NCBI GenBank assembly: GCA_965213675.1
Contig: CBDCAF010000016.1
Span: 1 to 64,000 of the forward strand
Direction: 5' to 3'
Source of the DNA: an uncultured Candidatus Binatia bacterium
GTDB lineage: Bacteria; Desulfobacterota; Binatia; UBA9968; JAJDTQ01
Length of the DNA: 64,000 nt
The position numbers and the translations under genes are program-made. Positions 19,150 through 28,293 of the stretch are shown in pieces. Every line of letters begins with the position of its first letter. The stretch's first letter is position 1. Below the pieces are notes generated by a model. That model did not search any database. It was not told the DNA's origin and saw only the letters and a list, made by a program, of their open reading frames with translations.

Positions 19150-20850
19150 CTAAGCCGCCGCGGCCGAGCTGGGCGCGTAGCCGGAGCCGCGCAGCACCTG
19201 GCCCGGCAGGTCGCCGCTCAGGCGGCCATCCTCGTAGATCACGCCGCCGTTGACGATGGTGTAGTGGATGCCGTCGGAACGCTGGATCAGGCGCTTGGTG
19301 CCGGCCGGGTAGTCCTCCGCCCATTCGGGCTCGTAGGCGCGCACCGTGTCGGGATCGAACAGGGTGAGGTCCGCGGCGTAGCCCGGCCGGATGAGTCCCC
19401 GGCCTTCCAGGCCGTAGACCGAGGCCACGTGGAAAGTGAGCTTGTGCACGGCCTCCTCCAGCGTCATCAGGCCACGCTCCCGCACCCACAGGCCCAGCAG
19501 CGTGGTGCCGTAGCCGAAGTCGGCGCCGTACATCACATGGGCTCCGGCGTCCGAGGTGCCCACCAGCACGTAGGGGCTGCGCAGGATCTCGCCCATGGCC
19601 TGCGCATCGCCGCCGGTGTTGGCGTTCTGAAAGGTGGTGAGCAGCCCCTCGTCCAGCGACAGGTCCAGGAACGCATCCACGGGATCCTGATTGCGCATGG
19701 CCGCCATGTCCGCCACGCTCTTGCCCTCGTAGCGTTTGTTCTCTTCCTTGACGACCTTCTCCACCTGCACGATGTCCCAGCGCCGGTGGAAGTTGGTCAT
19801 GCGCGTGGTGTTCAGGTCCTCGCGCAGCTTCACGCGGGTGGCCGGATCGGCAAAGGCCTGCTGGCGCACCTCCACCGGCAGGAACATGATGTTCTTCCAG
19901 GTGGGAAACTCGTCGAAGAGCTGCGCGTTCTGCAGGTTGAAATGCCTTACCAGCGGCACGGTCTGGGTCAAGCCGTAGGCGCGGTAGCCGTCCTGGAAGA
20001 TGCGCGACACCGCGTCCAGTTGCTCCTGCCACAGCGTGGGCTCGGCCCAGCGGTGATGCACGCTCTGCCAGATGATGGGCCGCTGGGTCCGGCTGGCCAG
20101 GTCGTGATAGATGTCGAAGTGCTCCAGCTTGTTGCGGCCGAGAATGGTCTCGATGATGCCGCTGTTCATCTCGCCGAGCACGTCGCACAGGGCGTAGAGT
20201 TCTTCGTTGTCCGCCAGCCGGCTGGCCACGGGCTTGCCGTCCTCGCGCATGTGGCGCTCGTTGCGGTTGGTGGAGAACCCCAGCGCGCCCGCGTCCATGG
20301 CGCCCCGCACGAGGCGCTTCATGGTCTGCACCTCGGCGGCGGTGGCCTTGCGTTCCACCGACTCCTCGCCCATGACGTTCTGGCGCACCGCGATGTGCCC
20401 CACCAGACCACCGGCGTTGATGCCGAGCCGGCCCTCCAGGGCATCCAGGTACTCGCCGTAGCTGTGCCAGCCCCAGGTCACGCCCTTCTCCAGGGCGGAA
20501 CGCGGGATCGCCTCGACCCGCACGAAGCTCTTCACCAGGGCGTCCTCGCCGCCGTCGCTCACCGGCGCCAGCGCCAGCCCGCAGTTGCCCATGACGATGG
20601 AGGTGATGCCGTGCTGCGGCTCGGAGGTGCCGTAGGGGTCCCACAGGATCTGCGCGTCCATGTGGGTGTGGTGGTCGATGAACCCCGGCGACACCACCAG
20701 CCCGGCCGCATCGATGGTGCGGCTGGCCGAACCGTTGAGGCGCCCCACCGCTGCGATCTTGCCATCCTTCACGCCCACGTCCGCCGTATGGGACGGCAGC
20801 CCCGAACCATCGGCCACGCGCCCGCCGCGTACCAGCAGATCATATTCCAT
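19150..20850 (-). CDS. Amidohydrolase, N-acyl-D-amino-acid deacylase family
   Basis: PGFIDHHTHMD, MGNCG, SDAGAH, RGLIRPGYAADL. Confidence 0.92.
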   Translation of the reverse strand: MEYDLLVRGGRVADGSGLPSHTADVGVKDGKIAAVGRLNGSASRTIDAAGLVVSPGFIDHHTHMDAQILWDPYGTSEPQHGITSIVMGNCGLALAPVSDGGEDALVKSFVRVEAIPRSALEKGVTWGWHSYGEYLDALEGRLGINAGGLVGHIAVRQNVMGEESVERKATAAEVQTMKRLVRGAMDAGALGFSTNRNERHMREDGKPVASRLADNEELYALCDVLGEMNSGIIETILGRNKLEHFDIYHDLASRTQRPIIWQSVHHRWAEPTLWQEQLDAVSRIFQDGYRAYGLTQTVPLVRHFNLQNAQLFDEFPTWKNIMFLPVEVRQQAFADPATRVKLREDLNTTRMTNFHRRWDIVQVEKVVKEENKRYEGKSVADMAAMRNQDPVDAFLDLSLDEGLLTTFQNANTGGDAQAMGEILRSPYVLVGTSDAGAHVMYGADFGYGTTLLGLWVRERGLMTLEEAVHKLTFHVASVYGLEGRGLIRPGYAADLTLFDPDTVRAYEPEWAEDYPAGTKRLIQRSDGIHYTIVNGGVIYEDGRLSGDLPGQVLRGSGYAPSSAAAA

Positions 20851-21002
20851 GGACAAATCCTCCTGCGTCCGAACACCTTGATGTCAGCAGGCCGGGCAAT
20901 GCCCGGCCCGCGTCATTGCGTCGATGTCTCCAAGCCCGCCCAAGGGCGAACCATGATGGCTTCAGGCCAGCTCGTCGATGAACAAAGGCGGGGCATCCCG
21001 GC

Positions 21003-21164
21003 TCAGGCGACCATCGGCCACGGGATCTCCGCACCCGCCATCATCGGCCACGGGATCTCGGCGCCAGCAACCTGCGGCCAAAGCACTTCGGAGCCGGAAA
21101 GGCTCCCGGCCAAGGCCACCACTCCCAAAGCGATAGCGAACAGCATCCATCGGGCTTCCTTCAT
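21003..21164 (-). CDS. 53-aa exported peptide precursor with three 10-aa E[IV]xWP repeats
   Basis: SD aaggagg just upstream of ATG; hydrophobic N-terminus; repeats GSEVLWPQVA / GAEIPWPMMA / GAEIPWPMVA with synonymous codon differences. Confidence 0.8.
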   Translation of the reverse strand: MKEARWMLFAIALGVVALAGSLSGSEVLWPQVAGAEIPWPMMAGAEIPWPMVA

Positions 21165-21266
21165 TGGGACCCTCCTTTCTTCAGGAAACAACTCTACAAC
21201 TGCCGGCCGTGACCGGCAAGCACGAGTTCGCTGCAACTCAGGATCTTGCGGAAACGGGACGAGAGC

Positions 21267-21306
21267 TTGACAACAGTTTATAATATGATAAAGCTAAATC
21301 ATTATC
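21267..21306 (+). promoter_or_regulatory. AT-rich promoter region with Fur/Zur-like box
   Basis: TTGACA at 21267; GATAAAG-N6-CATTATC at 21287-21306, right half identical to the Fur consensus AATCATTATC. Confidence 0.5.
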
Positions 21307-21338
21307 GGCAATTCTACTCGAAAGGAACACACGCACCC

Positions 21339-22688
21339 ATGCGAATCCGCAACTGGAATCCCCTTGTCATCCTGTTTGTTGCAGTAGCCCTGTTGCTTGC
21401 CGCGAACCCGGCCACAGCGGCTCCGGAACCGGGTCTGTCCTCTTCCGCCGCTGCGCCCACGGAGCGCTCCGTGACCGTCGCCAGCACCGCGGTTGCGGCG
21501 ACCCAGGCCACCCCTGCCGCGAAGCGGACCCCCATCTCGGGCCGGCTGCTCGTGGGCGACGGCGAGAGCAGCAAGATGTCGGTCATCGACCTGAAGGCCG
21601 GCGGCGTGGAACAGGACGCCTTCGACATGGGCTCCCGGGCCGGGCGCATCTACCCCACCAAGAACGGGCGCTTCGCCGTCGCGGTGTCCAGCGATGCCAA
21701 CAACGTGCATGTCTTCGACGGCGGCATCTACCTGGAAAAGCACGGTGACCACTACGACCTGGTGGCCGGGCCGCTCAAGCGCCTGGACCTGGACCTGAGC
21801 GGCGACCGCCCGGTGCACCTGTATGTCGCCGGCAAGTGGGCCGCCATCTATTACGACGGCTCCGGTGACGTCGTGCTACTCAACGAGCAAGAACTGGAAA
21901 AGAACGGCGCTCGGCACAAGCCGCCCAAGCTCAACGCCGGGGCCCACCACGGTGCGGCGGTGCCGCTGGCCCATGACCTGTTCGCGCTCAGCATCCAACA
22001 CCCCGACTTTGCCGCCAACCCCAAGGACTACCGTCTGCCCATCGGCGCCAAGATCGTGGATCTGTCGGGCAAGGTGCTGCATAGCCAGGAAGGCTGCAAG
22101 GATCTGCACGGCGACGCAGGGAACGGCCATGTCGCGGCCTTCGGTTGCCGCGGCGGTATCCTGGTCGTGAAGGCGGACCACGGGAAGTACGAAGGGGCGT
22201 TCATCTCCGCGCCGGAAGGCGAACCCGAAGACTTTCGTTTGACCACGGTCTGGGGTTATCCCGGCATGGACCGCTTCTTCGCTCTCGGCTCCGCGGTGGG
22301 CCTGTACGTCGTGGACCCCAAGGCAAGCGCCATGAAGCAGTTGATCCCCGCCTCGGACGCCATGAAACCCATCAACGCCGCGGTGAGTCACGACGGCAAG
22401 GCGCTGCTGGTGGTGATGAGCGATGGCGAGCTACGCATGTACGATGCCCACAAGCTCGACCTGCTGGCGTCCGCGCGCGACTTCCTGACCACTCCGGTGG
22501 AGGCAGGTTTCTGGGCGCGCCCCCACGTCGTGACCATTCCCGGAGCCGTCTTCATCACCGACTCCGTGGGCGGCAAGGTTCTGCAACTGAACAGCCAGAA
22601 CCTCAAGGTCGTCGAAAGCTGGAACGTCGCCGGCAAACCCACCAAGGTGGCCTTCGTCGGCGTCTCCACCAAGACCAAGGGCCACTAG
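21339..22688 (+). CDS. Secreted beta-propeller, AztD-like zinc metallochaperone
   Basis: Signal peptide; His motifs HGDH, PVH, HHGAAVP, CKDLHG, AAFGC. Confidence 0.75.
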   Translation: MRIRNWNPLVILFVAVALLLAANPATAAPEPGLSSSAAAPTERSVTVASTAVAATQATPAAKRTPISGRLLVGDGESSKMSVIDLKAGGVEQDAFDMGSRAGRIYPTKNGRFAVAVSSDANNVHVFDGGIYLEKHGDHYDLVAGPLKRLDLDLSGDRPVHLYVAGKWAAIYYDGSGDVVLLNEQELEKNGARHKPPKLNAGAHHGAAVPLAHDLFALSIQHPDFAANPKDYRLPIGAKIVDLSGKVLHSQEGCKDLHGDAGNGHVAAFGCRGGILVVKADHGKYEGAFISAPEGEPEDFRLTTVWGYPGMDRFFALGSAVGLYVVDPKASAMKQLIPASDAMKPINAAVSHDGKALLVVMSDGELRMYDAHKLDLLASARDFLTTPVEAGFWARPHVVTIPGAVFITDSVGGKVLQLNSQNLKVVESWNVAGKPTKVAFVGVSTKTKGH

Positions 22689-22979
22689 ACTTCCAGCCCT
22701 CCCGAACAAACCTCCCGGACCCGGCGCGGCGCACTGTCTCCATTCGCTCGCACACCCGTGTGATGCCCGCGCCGGGTCCAGGCCCCGCCTGACTGTCCGC
22801 AAGCCGGGGCACATCAAGCCCCGATCTCCCCAAAACGCCGGTTCAGCTCCCTCTCCTCGGAAAACTCGGGTCCTTGCCTTCTCCTGGACGAACGGCGAAA
22901 CTACAGCTTCGTGGCAGGGCAAGAGGGTTGTCAGCAAAATGTGTCCAAGGAAAGGAGATCCACTACTGGAGGTGCGATC

Positions 22980-23234
22980 ATGGCGCTGGAAATGGAAATG
23001 GCAAGATATCGGAAGCTTATGGCGGATCACGACCGCGTTCAGGAACACCATGGACAGTACACCTTGATTCAGAAGGAGGATGTCGTCGGCTTCTTCTCAA
23101 GTTTCGACGACGCTCTCCGGGAAGGCTATCGGCGATTCAAACCCGGGTCCTTTCTCGTAAAACAGGTCAGCGCCATCGACGAAGTACACTTCGTCTCCAG
23201 ATTCGCTCCATGCCTTACTTCAGCCGTCGAATAG
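22980..23234 (+). CDS. Small hypothetical protein (DUF5678-like)
   Basis: SD ggagg; HHGQYTLIQKEDVVGFFSSFDDALREGYRRF...FLVKQV. Confidence 0.7.
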   Translation: MALEMEMARYRKLMADHDRVQEHHGQYTLIQKEDVVGFFSSFDDALREGYRRFKPGSFLVKQVSAIDEVHFVSRFAPCLTSAVE

Positions 23235-23653
23235 AGTCCGTCGGCCTTCTCCTGAACGTACGGTTGGGCGTGAGCGTTGGCTACCAGGAGGCCCTGGAAA
23301 GATCGCAGAGTCCTGTTCCTCAGCCACTGTCCGTACAGGGCATCGTCGATACAGGTGCCAGTTGCACCTGTATCGACCCCGGAATCGTCCAGCGGCTTGG
23401 TCTGATTCCGGTAGGGAAGCAGAGCATCAGCACACCATCGACGGGTCCGAACCCCATAGAGGTCGACCTCTATGACGTCAGCTTGGCCATCTTCTCGACA
23501 ACGCAGGAAGTCCCGTGCTGGATTCCCAATCTGCCTGTCGCCGAATCGCAACTTGATCATCAAGGATTCCAGGTCCTCATAGGCCGGGATGTCTTATCTC
23601 GCTGCATGTTGCTCTACGACGGCAAGAACAGCGTCTATACGCTTTGCTTTTGA
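23210..23653 (+). CDS. Retropepsin-like (clan AA) aspartyl protease
   Basis: IVDTGAS catalytic motif and LIGRDVL motif. Confidence 0.9.
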   Translation: MPYFSRRIESVGLLLNVRLGVSVGYQEALERSQSPVPQPLSVQGIVDTGASCTCIDPGIVQRLGLIPVGKQSISTPSTGPNPIEVDLYDVSLAIFSTTQEVPCWIPNLPVAESQLDHQGFQVLIGRDVLSRCMLLYDGKNSVYTLCF

Positions 23654-23717
23654 AGGGTCGCCCTCGCGTCCAAGCCCGAGAACGTCTCTTTCCGAACTTG
23701 AGCGACGGTTGAAAATC

Positions 23718-26135
23718 ATGGACAAGCGGAGCCTCTCGGAACGAGACATCTGCACGAAGTTCATCACACCTGCCCTGCGTCGAGCCGGGTGGGATGAGAT
23801 GCTTCAAATCCGCGAAGAGGTGAGCTTCACCAAGGGTCGCATCATCGTCCGCGGCAAGCTGGTGTCACGCGGGAAAGCCAAGCGCGCCGACTACGTTCTA
23901 TATTACAAACCCAACCTTCCCCTTGCGGTCATCGAAGCCAAGGACAACTCCCACAGCGTCGGCGGCGGCATACAGCAGGCGCTGGACTACGCCGAAACAC
24001 TGAACGTTCCCTTCGTGTTCTCATCCAACGGCGACGGTTTCCTGTTTCACGACTGCACCGGCAACGCCAACCCGCGAGAGACGCACCTCTCGCTGGACGA
24101 TTTCCCGTCGCCTGACAAGCTGTGGACGCGCTACCGCGCCTGGAAGGCCCTGGGTCCGGAAGCCGAAGGCCTCGTCCTTCAGGACTACCATGAGGACGGC
24201 GGCGACAAGGCGCCTCGGTACTACCAAGTCATCGCAATAAACGCGGCCATTGAGGCCGCTGCCAAGGGGCTGGATCGCATCCTCTTGGTCATGGCCACCG
24301 GCACCGGCAAGACCTACACGGCGTTCCAGATCATCTGGCGCTTGTGGAAGGCCGGACACAGGAAGCGCATCCTTTTCCTCGCCGACCGCAACGTGCTCGT
24401 CGATCAGACCATGGTGAACGATTTTCGGCCCTTCGGCAGAGCGATGACGAAGCTTTCTACTCAAGCGAAAACCATATGGTGCGATGACCACGGCGTGCAC
24501 CGAGTCGATACGTCCTACGAGATCTATCTGGGTCTTTATCAGGCAATCACCGGGCCGGACGAAAATCAGAAAATATATCGTGAGTTCTCTCCCGGATTCT
24601 TCGACCTGATTGTCATCGACGAATGCCACCGGGGCAGCGCCGACGAGGACTCGGCTTGGCGCGAGATTCTTGAGTACTTCTCTTCCGCCACCCAGATCGG
24701 ACTCACCGCGACGCCGAAAGAGACGCGATACGCTTCCAATATCGCGTATTTCGGAGAGCCGGTGTTCTCCTACTCGTTGAAACAAGGCATCCACGACGGC
24801 TTTCTCGCGCCCTACAAGGTGGTCAAGGTTCATATCGACCGCGACGTCGAAGGCTACCGGCCGGAAAAGGGGAAGCTCGACCGGTATGGCGAGGAAGTCG
24901 ACGACCACATCTACAACACCAAGGACTTTGACCACACGCTTGTCATCGACGGGCGCACCAACTTGGTGGCGCGGAAGGTTACGCAGTTCCTGAAGGAGAG
25001 CGGAGACCGATTCCAGAAGGCCATGATCTTTTGCGTCGATCAGGAACACGCGGCGCGCATGCGCCAAGGGCTGATCAACGAGAACGCCGACCTCATGGAC
25101 GAGAACCCCCGGTACGTCATGCGTATCACCGGCAGCGATGCTGAGGGACAGGCCGAGTTGGGCAACTTCATCGATCCGGAATCGAAACACCCCGTTCTTG
25201 TCACCACGTCCCGCCTGCTGTCCACGGGCGTGGACGTGCAGACATGTCGGCTCATCGTGCTCGACCGTGAAGTCGGCTCGATGACCGAATTCAAGCAGAT
25301 CGTCGGCCGTGGCACCCGCGTGCACGAGGATACCGGCAAGCTTTACTTCACTCTGATCGACTTCCGCGGCGCGACCAGTCATTTCGCCGATCCGGAGTTC
25401 GATGACGAGCCGGTGCAGGTCTACGAGCCCGGGAAGGGCGAGCCCGTCGATCCGCCCGAAGCCACGTTGGTCCAGTACGATGATACGTTTTCCGAGTCTC
25501 CTAAAAACGACCGCGGTGGCACGACGGTCGTAGTTGATGCCAACTTTCCACCCATTGGAGACGGCTCGCGCAAGAAGATCTATGTCGACGACGTGAGCGC
25601 GACCATCGTCGCCGAACGGGTGGAGTATCTTGACGAGCACGGCGGCCTGGTCACCGAGTCGCTTCGCGATTTTACCCGGAAGGCACTACGCAAGCGTTTC
25701 GCAAGCCTTGACGACTTCCTGAGGCGATGGAACGGTGCCGAGCGCAAACAGGCGATCATCGATGAGATGGCGGCCGGGGGGTTGCCACTGGCCGTCATCG
25801 CCGAGGAGTTGGGCAAGGACCTCGACCCCTTCGACCTCATCTGTCATGTTGCGTTCGATGCGAGACCGCTGACTCGCCGAGAGCGCGCTGACAACGTCAG
25901 GAAACGCGACGTGTTCAGGAAGTACGGAGAACAGGCCCGCACCGTGCTCGATGCGCTGCTCGACAAGTACGCCGACGAAGGCGTGTTGGAACTCGACGAC
26001 ACCAACGTGCTCAGAATCCCGCCGATCAACACGCTTGGCACCCCGGTGGAATTGATCGGAGCCTTTGGCGACAGGCCCGGGTACCTGCGCGCCGTCCACG
26101 ACCTGCAGTCATCACTCTACAGGGAGACCGCATAG
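23718..26135 (+). CDS. hsdR: Type I restriction subunit R (EcoAI/EcoEI-like)
   Basis: ADYVL..IEAK nuclease, MATGTGKT, DECH, TATP, QIVGRGTR. Confidence 0.97.
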   Translation: MDKRSLSERDICTKFITPALRRAGWDEMLQIREEVSFTKGRIIVRGKLVSRGKAKRADYVLYYKPNLPLAVIEAKDNSHSVGGGIQQALDYAETLNVPFVFSSNGDGFLFHDCTGNANPRETHLSLDDFPSPDKLWTRYRAWKALGPEAEGLVLQDYHEDGGDKAPRYYQVIAINAAIEAAAKGLDRILLVMATGTGKTYTAFQIIWRLWKAGHRKRILFLADRNVLVDQTMVNDFRPFGRAMTKLSTQAKTIWCDDHGVHRVDTSYEIYLGLYQAITGPDENQKIYREFSPGFFDLIVIDECHRGSADEDSAWREILEYFSSATQIGLTATPKETRYASNIAYFGEPVFSYSLKQGIHDGFLAPYKVVKVHIDRDVEGYRPEKGKLDRYGEEVDDHIYNTKDFDHTLVIDGRTNLVARKVTQFLKESGDRFQKAMIFCVDQEHAARMRQGLINENADLMDENPRYVMRITGSDAEGQAELGNFIDPESKHPVLVTTSRLLSTGVDVQTCRLIVLDREVGSMTEFKQIVGRGTRVHEDTGKLYFTLIDFRGATSHFADPEFDDEPVQVYEPGKGEPVDPPEATLVQYDDTFSESPKNDRGGTTVVVDANFPPIGDGSRKKIYVDDVSATIVAERVEYLDEHGGLVTESLRDFTRKALRKRFASLDDFLRRWNGAERKQAIIDEMAAGGLPLAVIAEELGKDLDPFDLICHVAFDARPLTRRERADNVRKRDVFRKYGEQARTVLDALLDKYADEGVLELDDTNVLRIPPINTLGTPVELIGAFGDRPGYLRAVHDLQSSLYRETA

Positions 26136-26138
26136 GAA

Positions 26139-27590
26139 ATGGCCGTCAGCACTCTTGTCAAGACGATTCAGGACATCATGCGTCAGGACGTGGGTGTCGA
26201 TGGCGATGCGCAACGCATCAGCCAGTTATGTTGGATGTTCTTCCTCAAGATCATCGACGATCAGGACCGGGAGCTTGAATTACTGAAGGAATGCTACCGT
26301 TCACCTGTTCCCGACCGGGTGCGATGGCGCAACTGGGCCGCCGATCCGGAAGGGATCACCGGGGACGAGTTGGCGACCTTCATCAACGCGAACCTCTTTC
26401 CGGCACTGAAGGAGCTTCCGGCAGGGAACGACCCGCGCGCAAGGGTTGTAAGGGATGTCTTCGAGGACGCTTTCAACTACATGAAATCCGGCCAGTTGAT
26501 CCGGCAGGTGGTCAACAAGATCAACGACATCGACTTCAACAATTTCGCCGAGCGTCAGCACTTCGGCGACATCTACGAGCAAATCCTCAACGACCTGCAA
26601 TCCGCGGGCAATGCCGGGGAGTACTACACCCCGCGCGCGGTCACATCTTTCATGGTGGAGATGGTCGACCCCAAACCGGGCGAGACGCTGTTCGACCCCG
26701 CCTGCGGTACTGGCGGCTTCCTCACTTGCGCCATCCGCCACATGCGCGACCGCTACATCAAGCGACCGGAAGACGAGGCGCGGATGCATGCATCCCTTCG
26801 CGCTATGGAGAAGAAACCGCTGCCGCACATGCTCGCCGTCACCAACATGCTTCTGCACCACATCGAGGAGCCCTCTTTCCTGCGTCACGACAACACCCTG
26901 GCGCGACCCTACGTCTCCTGGGGCCAAGCCCAGCGCGTGGATATCGTGCTGACCAATCCGCCGTTCGGCGGCAAGGAGGAACCGGGCATCGAGTCCAACT
27001 TCCCAACACACTTCCAGACCCGCGAAACGGCCGATCTGTTTCTCGCGCTGATCATCCGCCTTCTCAAGCCCGGCGGACGGGCCGCGGTGGTGCTGCCCGA
27101 TGGCTCGCTCTTCGGCGAAGGCGTCAAGACCCGGCTCAAGGAGCATCTGATGGAAGAGTGCAACCTTCACACCATCGTCCGCCTGCCGAACTCGGTGTTC
27201 CGCCCCTACGCTTCCATCGGTACAAACCTGTTGTTTTTCGAAAAGGGCGGACCTACGAGGAATGTCTGGTTCTGGGAGCACCGCGTCCCCGAAGGACAAA
27301 AGCACTACTCGATGACCCGGCCCATCCGGCTGGAGCATCTGGCCGACTGTGCCGCGTGGTGGGGCGGAGCGAAACGCAAGGGCCGCAAGGAAGGCGGCCG
27401 TGCATGGAAGGTCACAGCCAAGGAGGTGAATGAGCGCGGCTACAATCTCGACATCAAGAATCCTCAAACCGAGGGCCCAGACTACGAAGATCCCGAGACA
27501 CTTCTCGCAGAACTGGAATCCGCAGAGGCCGATGTGACATCGATACGAAACCAGTTGAAGGAAGCCTTGGCGGAGGCGTTGCTACGATGA
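26139..27590 (+). CDS. hsdM: Type I N6-adenine methyltransferase subunit M
   Basis: GEYYTPR, DPACGTGGF, NPPF. Confidence 0.97.
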   Translation: MAVSTLVKTIQDIMRQDVGVDGDAQRISQLCWMFFLKIIDDQDRELELLKECYRSPVPDRVRWRNWAADPEGITGDELATFINANLFPALKELPAGNDPRARVVRDVFEDAFNYMKSGQLIRQVVNKINDIDFNNFAERQHFGDIYEQILNDLQSAGNAGEYYTPRAVTSFMVEMVDPKPGETLFDPACGTGGFLTCAIRHMRDRYIKRPEDEARMHASLRAMEKKPLPHMLAVTNMLLHHIEEPSFLRHDNTLARPYVSWGQAQRVDIVLTNPPFGGKEEPGIESNFPTHFQTRETADLFLALIIRLLKPGGRAAVVLPDGSLFGEGVKTRLKEHLMEECNLHTIVRLPNSVFRPYASIGTNLLFFEKGGPTRNVWFWEHRVPEGQKHYSMTRPIRLEHLADCAAWWGGAKRKGRKEGGRAWKVTAKEVNERGYNLDIKNPQTEGPDYEDPETLLAELESAEADVTSIRNQLKEALAEALLR

Positions 27591-27635
27591 AATCAAAGAA
27601 GGACCACCATCGCCTTCAGCCTGGAAAAGTTGGTC

Positions 27636-27947
27636 ATGCACGCCGCCATCGCTGACAAGAAGGAAAAGTTGGCGGAACTCTGCCGTCGCCACGGGGTAGC
27701 GCGCCTCGAAGTCTTCGGATCCGCCGCGCGCGGCGCTTACTTCGATCTACAGACCAGCGACGTCGACTTCCTTGTGGAGTTCAACCCCGACGGAGACCTG
27801 CGGCCCTTCCACCAATTCTTCGACCTCGCCGACGCCTTGCGCCACACCTTGGGCCGCTCCGTCGATCTCGTCGAGTCGGGCATCGTCCGCAACCCGTATC
27901 TGCGCGCCGCCATAGACCGGTCGCGCGAGGTTGTCTATGAGTCCTGA
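27636..27947 (+). CDS. Minimal nucleotidyltransferase (MNT) antitoxin
   Basis: VFGSAARG...SDVDFLVEF...GRSVDLV. Confidence 0.9.
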   Translation: MHAAIADKKEKLAELCRRHGVARLEVFGSAARGAYFDLQTSDVDFLVEFNPDGDLRPFHQFFDLADALRHTLGRSVDLVESGIVRNPYLRAAIDRSREVVYES

Positions 27948-28293
27948 CCGTCGCGTTCTGCTGACGGACATCGACCAGGCGGGCGCGGAAATCCAACGCT
28001 TCACGCACGGTCTGGACAGCGTTTCCTACGCCGGCGACGCGCTGACTCAAGCCGCGGTCGAACGGAAGTTCGAGATCATTGGCGAAGCGTTAAACCGCCT
28101 TCACAGGGCCCGCCCAGACATCGCCGGTCAGATTCCCTGGTACCGCCGGATGATCGACTTCCGCAACTTGTTGATCCACGGCTACGCCAGCGTGCTGCCC
28201 GAGCGCGTCTGGGACTATACCGACAACCACCTTCCCGACCTGCGTCGGATCGTGCTGGAGATGCTCGCCGAGTTGGGACCGCCGATGCCATGA
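27937..28293 (+). CDS. HEPN (DUF86/HepT-like) RNase toxin
   Basis: AVERKFEIIGEA, IPW, RNLLIHGY (RX4HXY). Confidence 0.9.
   Translation: MSPDRRVLLTDIDQAGAEIQRFTHGLDSVSYAGDALTQAAVERKFEIIGEALNRLHRARPDIAGQIPWYRRMIDFRNLLIHGYASVLPERVWDYTDNHLPDLRRIVLEMLAELGPPMP

Noticed and set aside
21010-21100. 30-nt tandem repeat read as CRISPR or VNTR
   Set aside because: There are no spacers, and the variation is codon-structured, so it is a coding repeat
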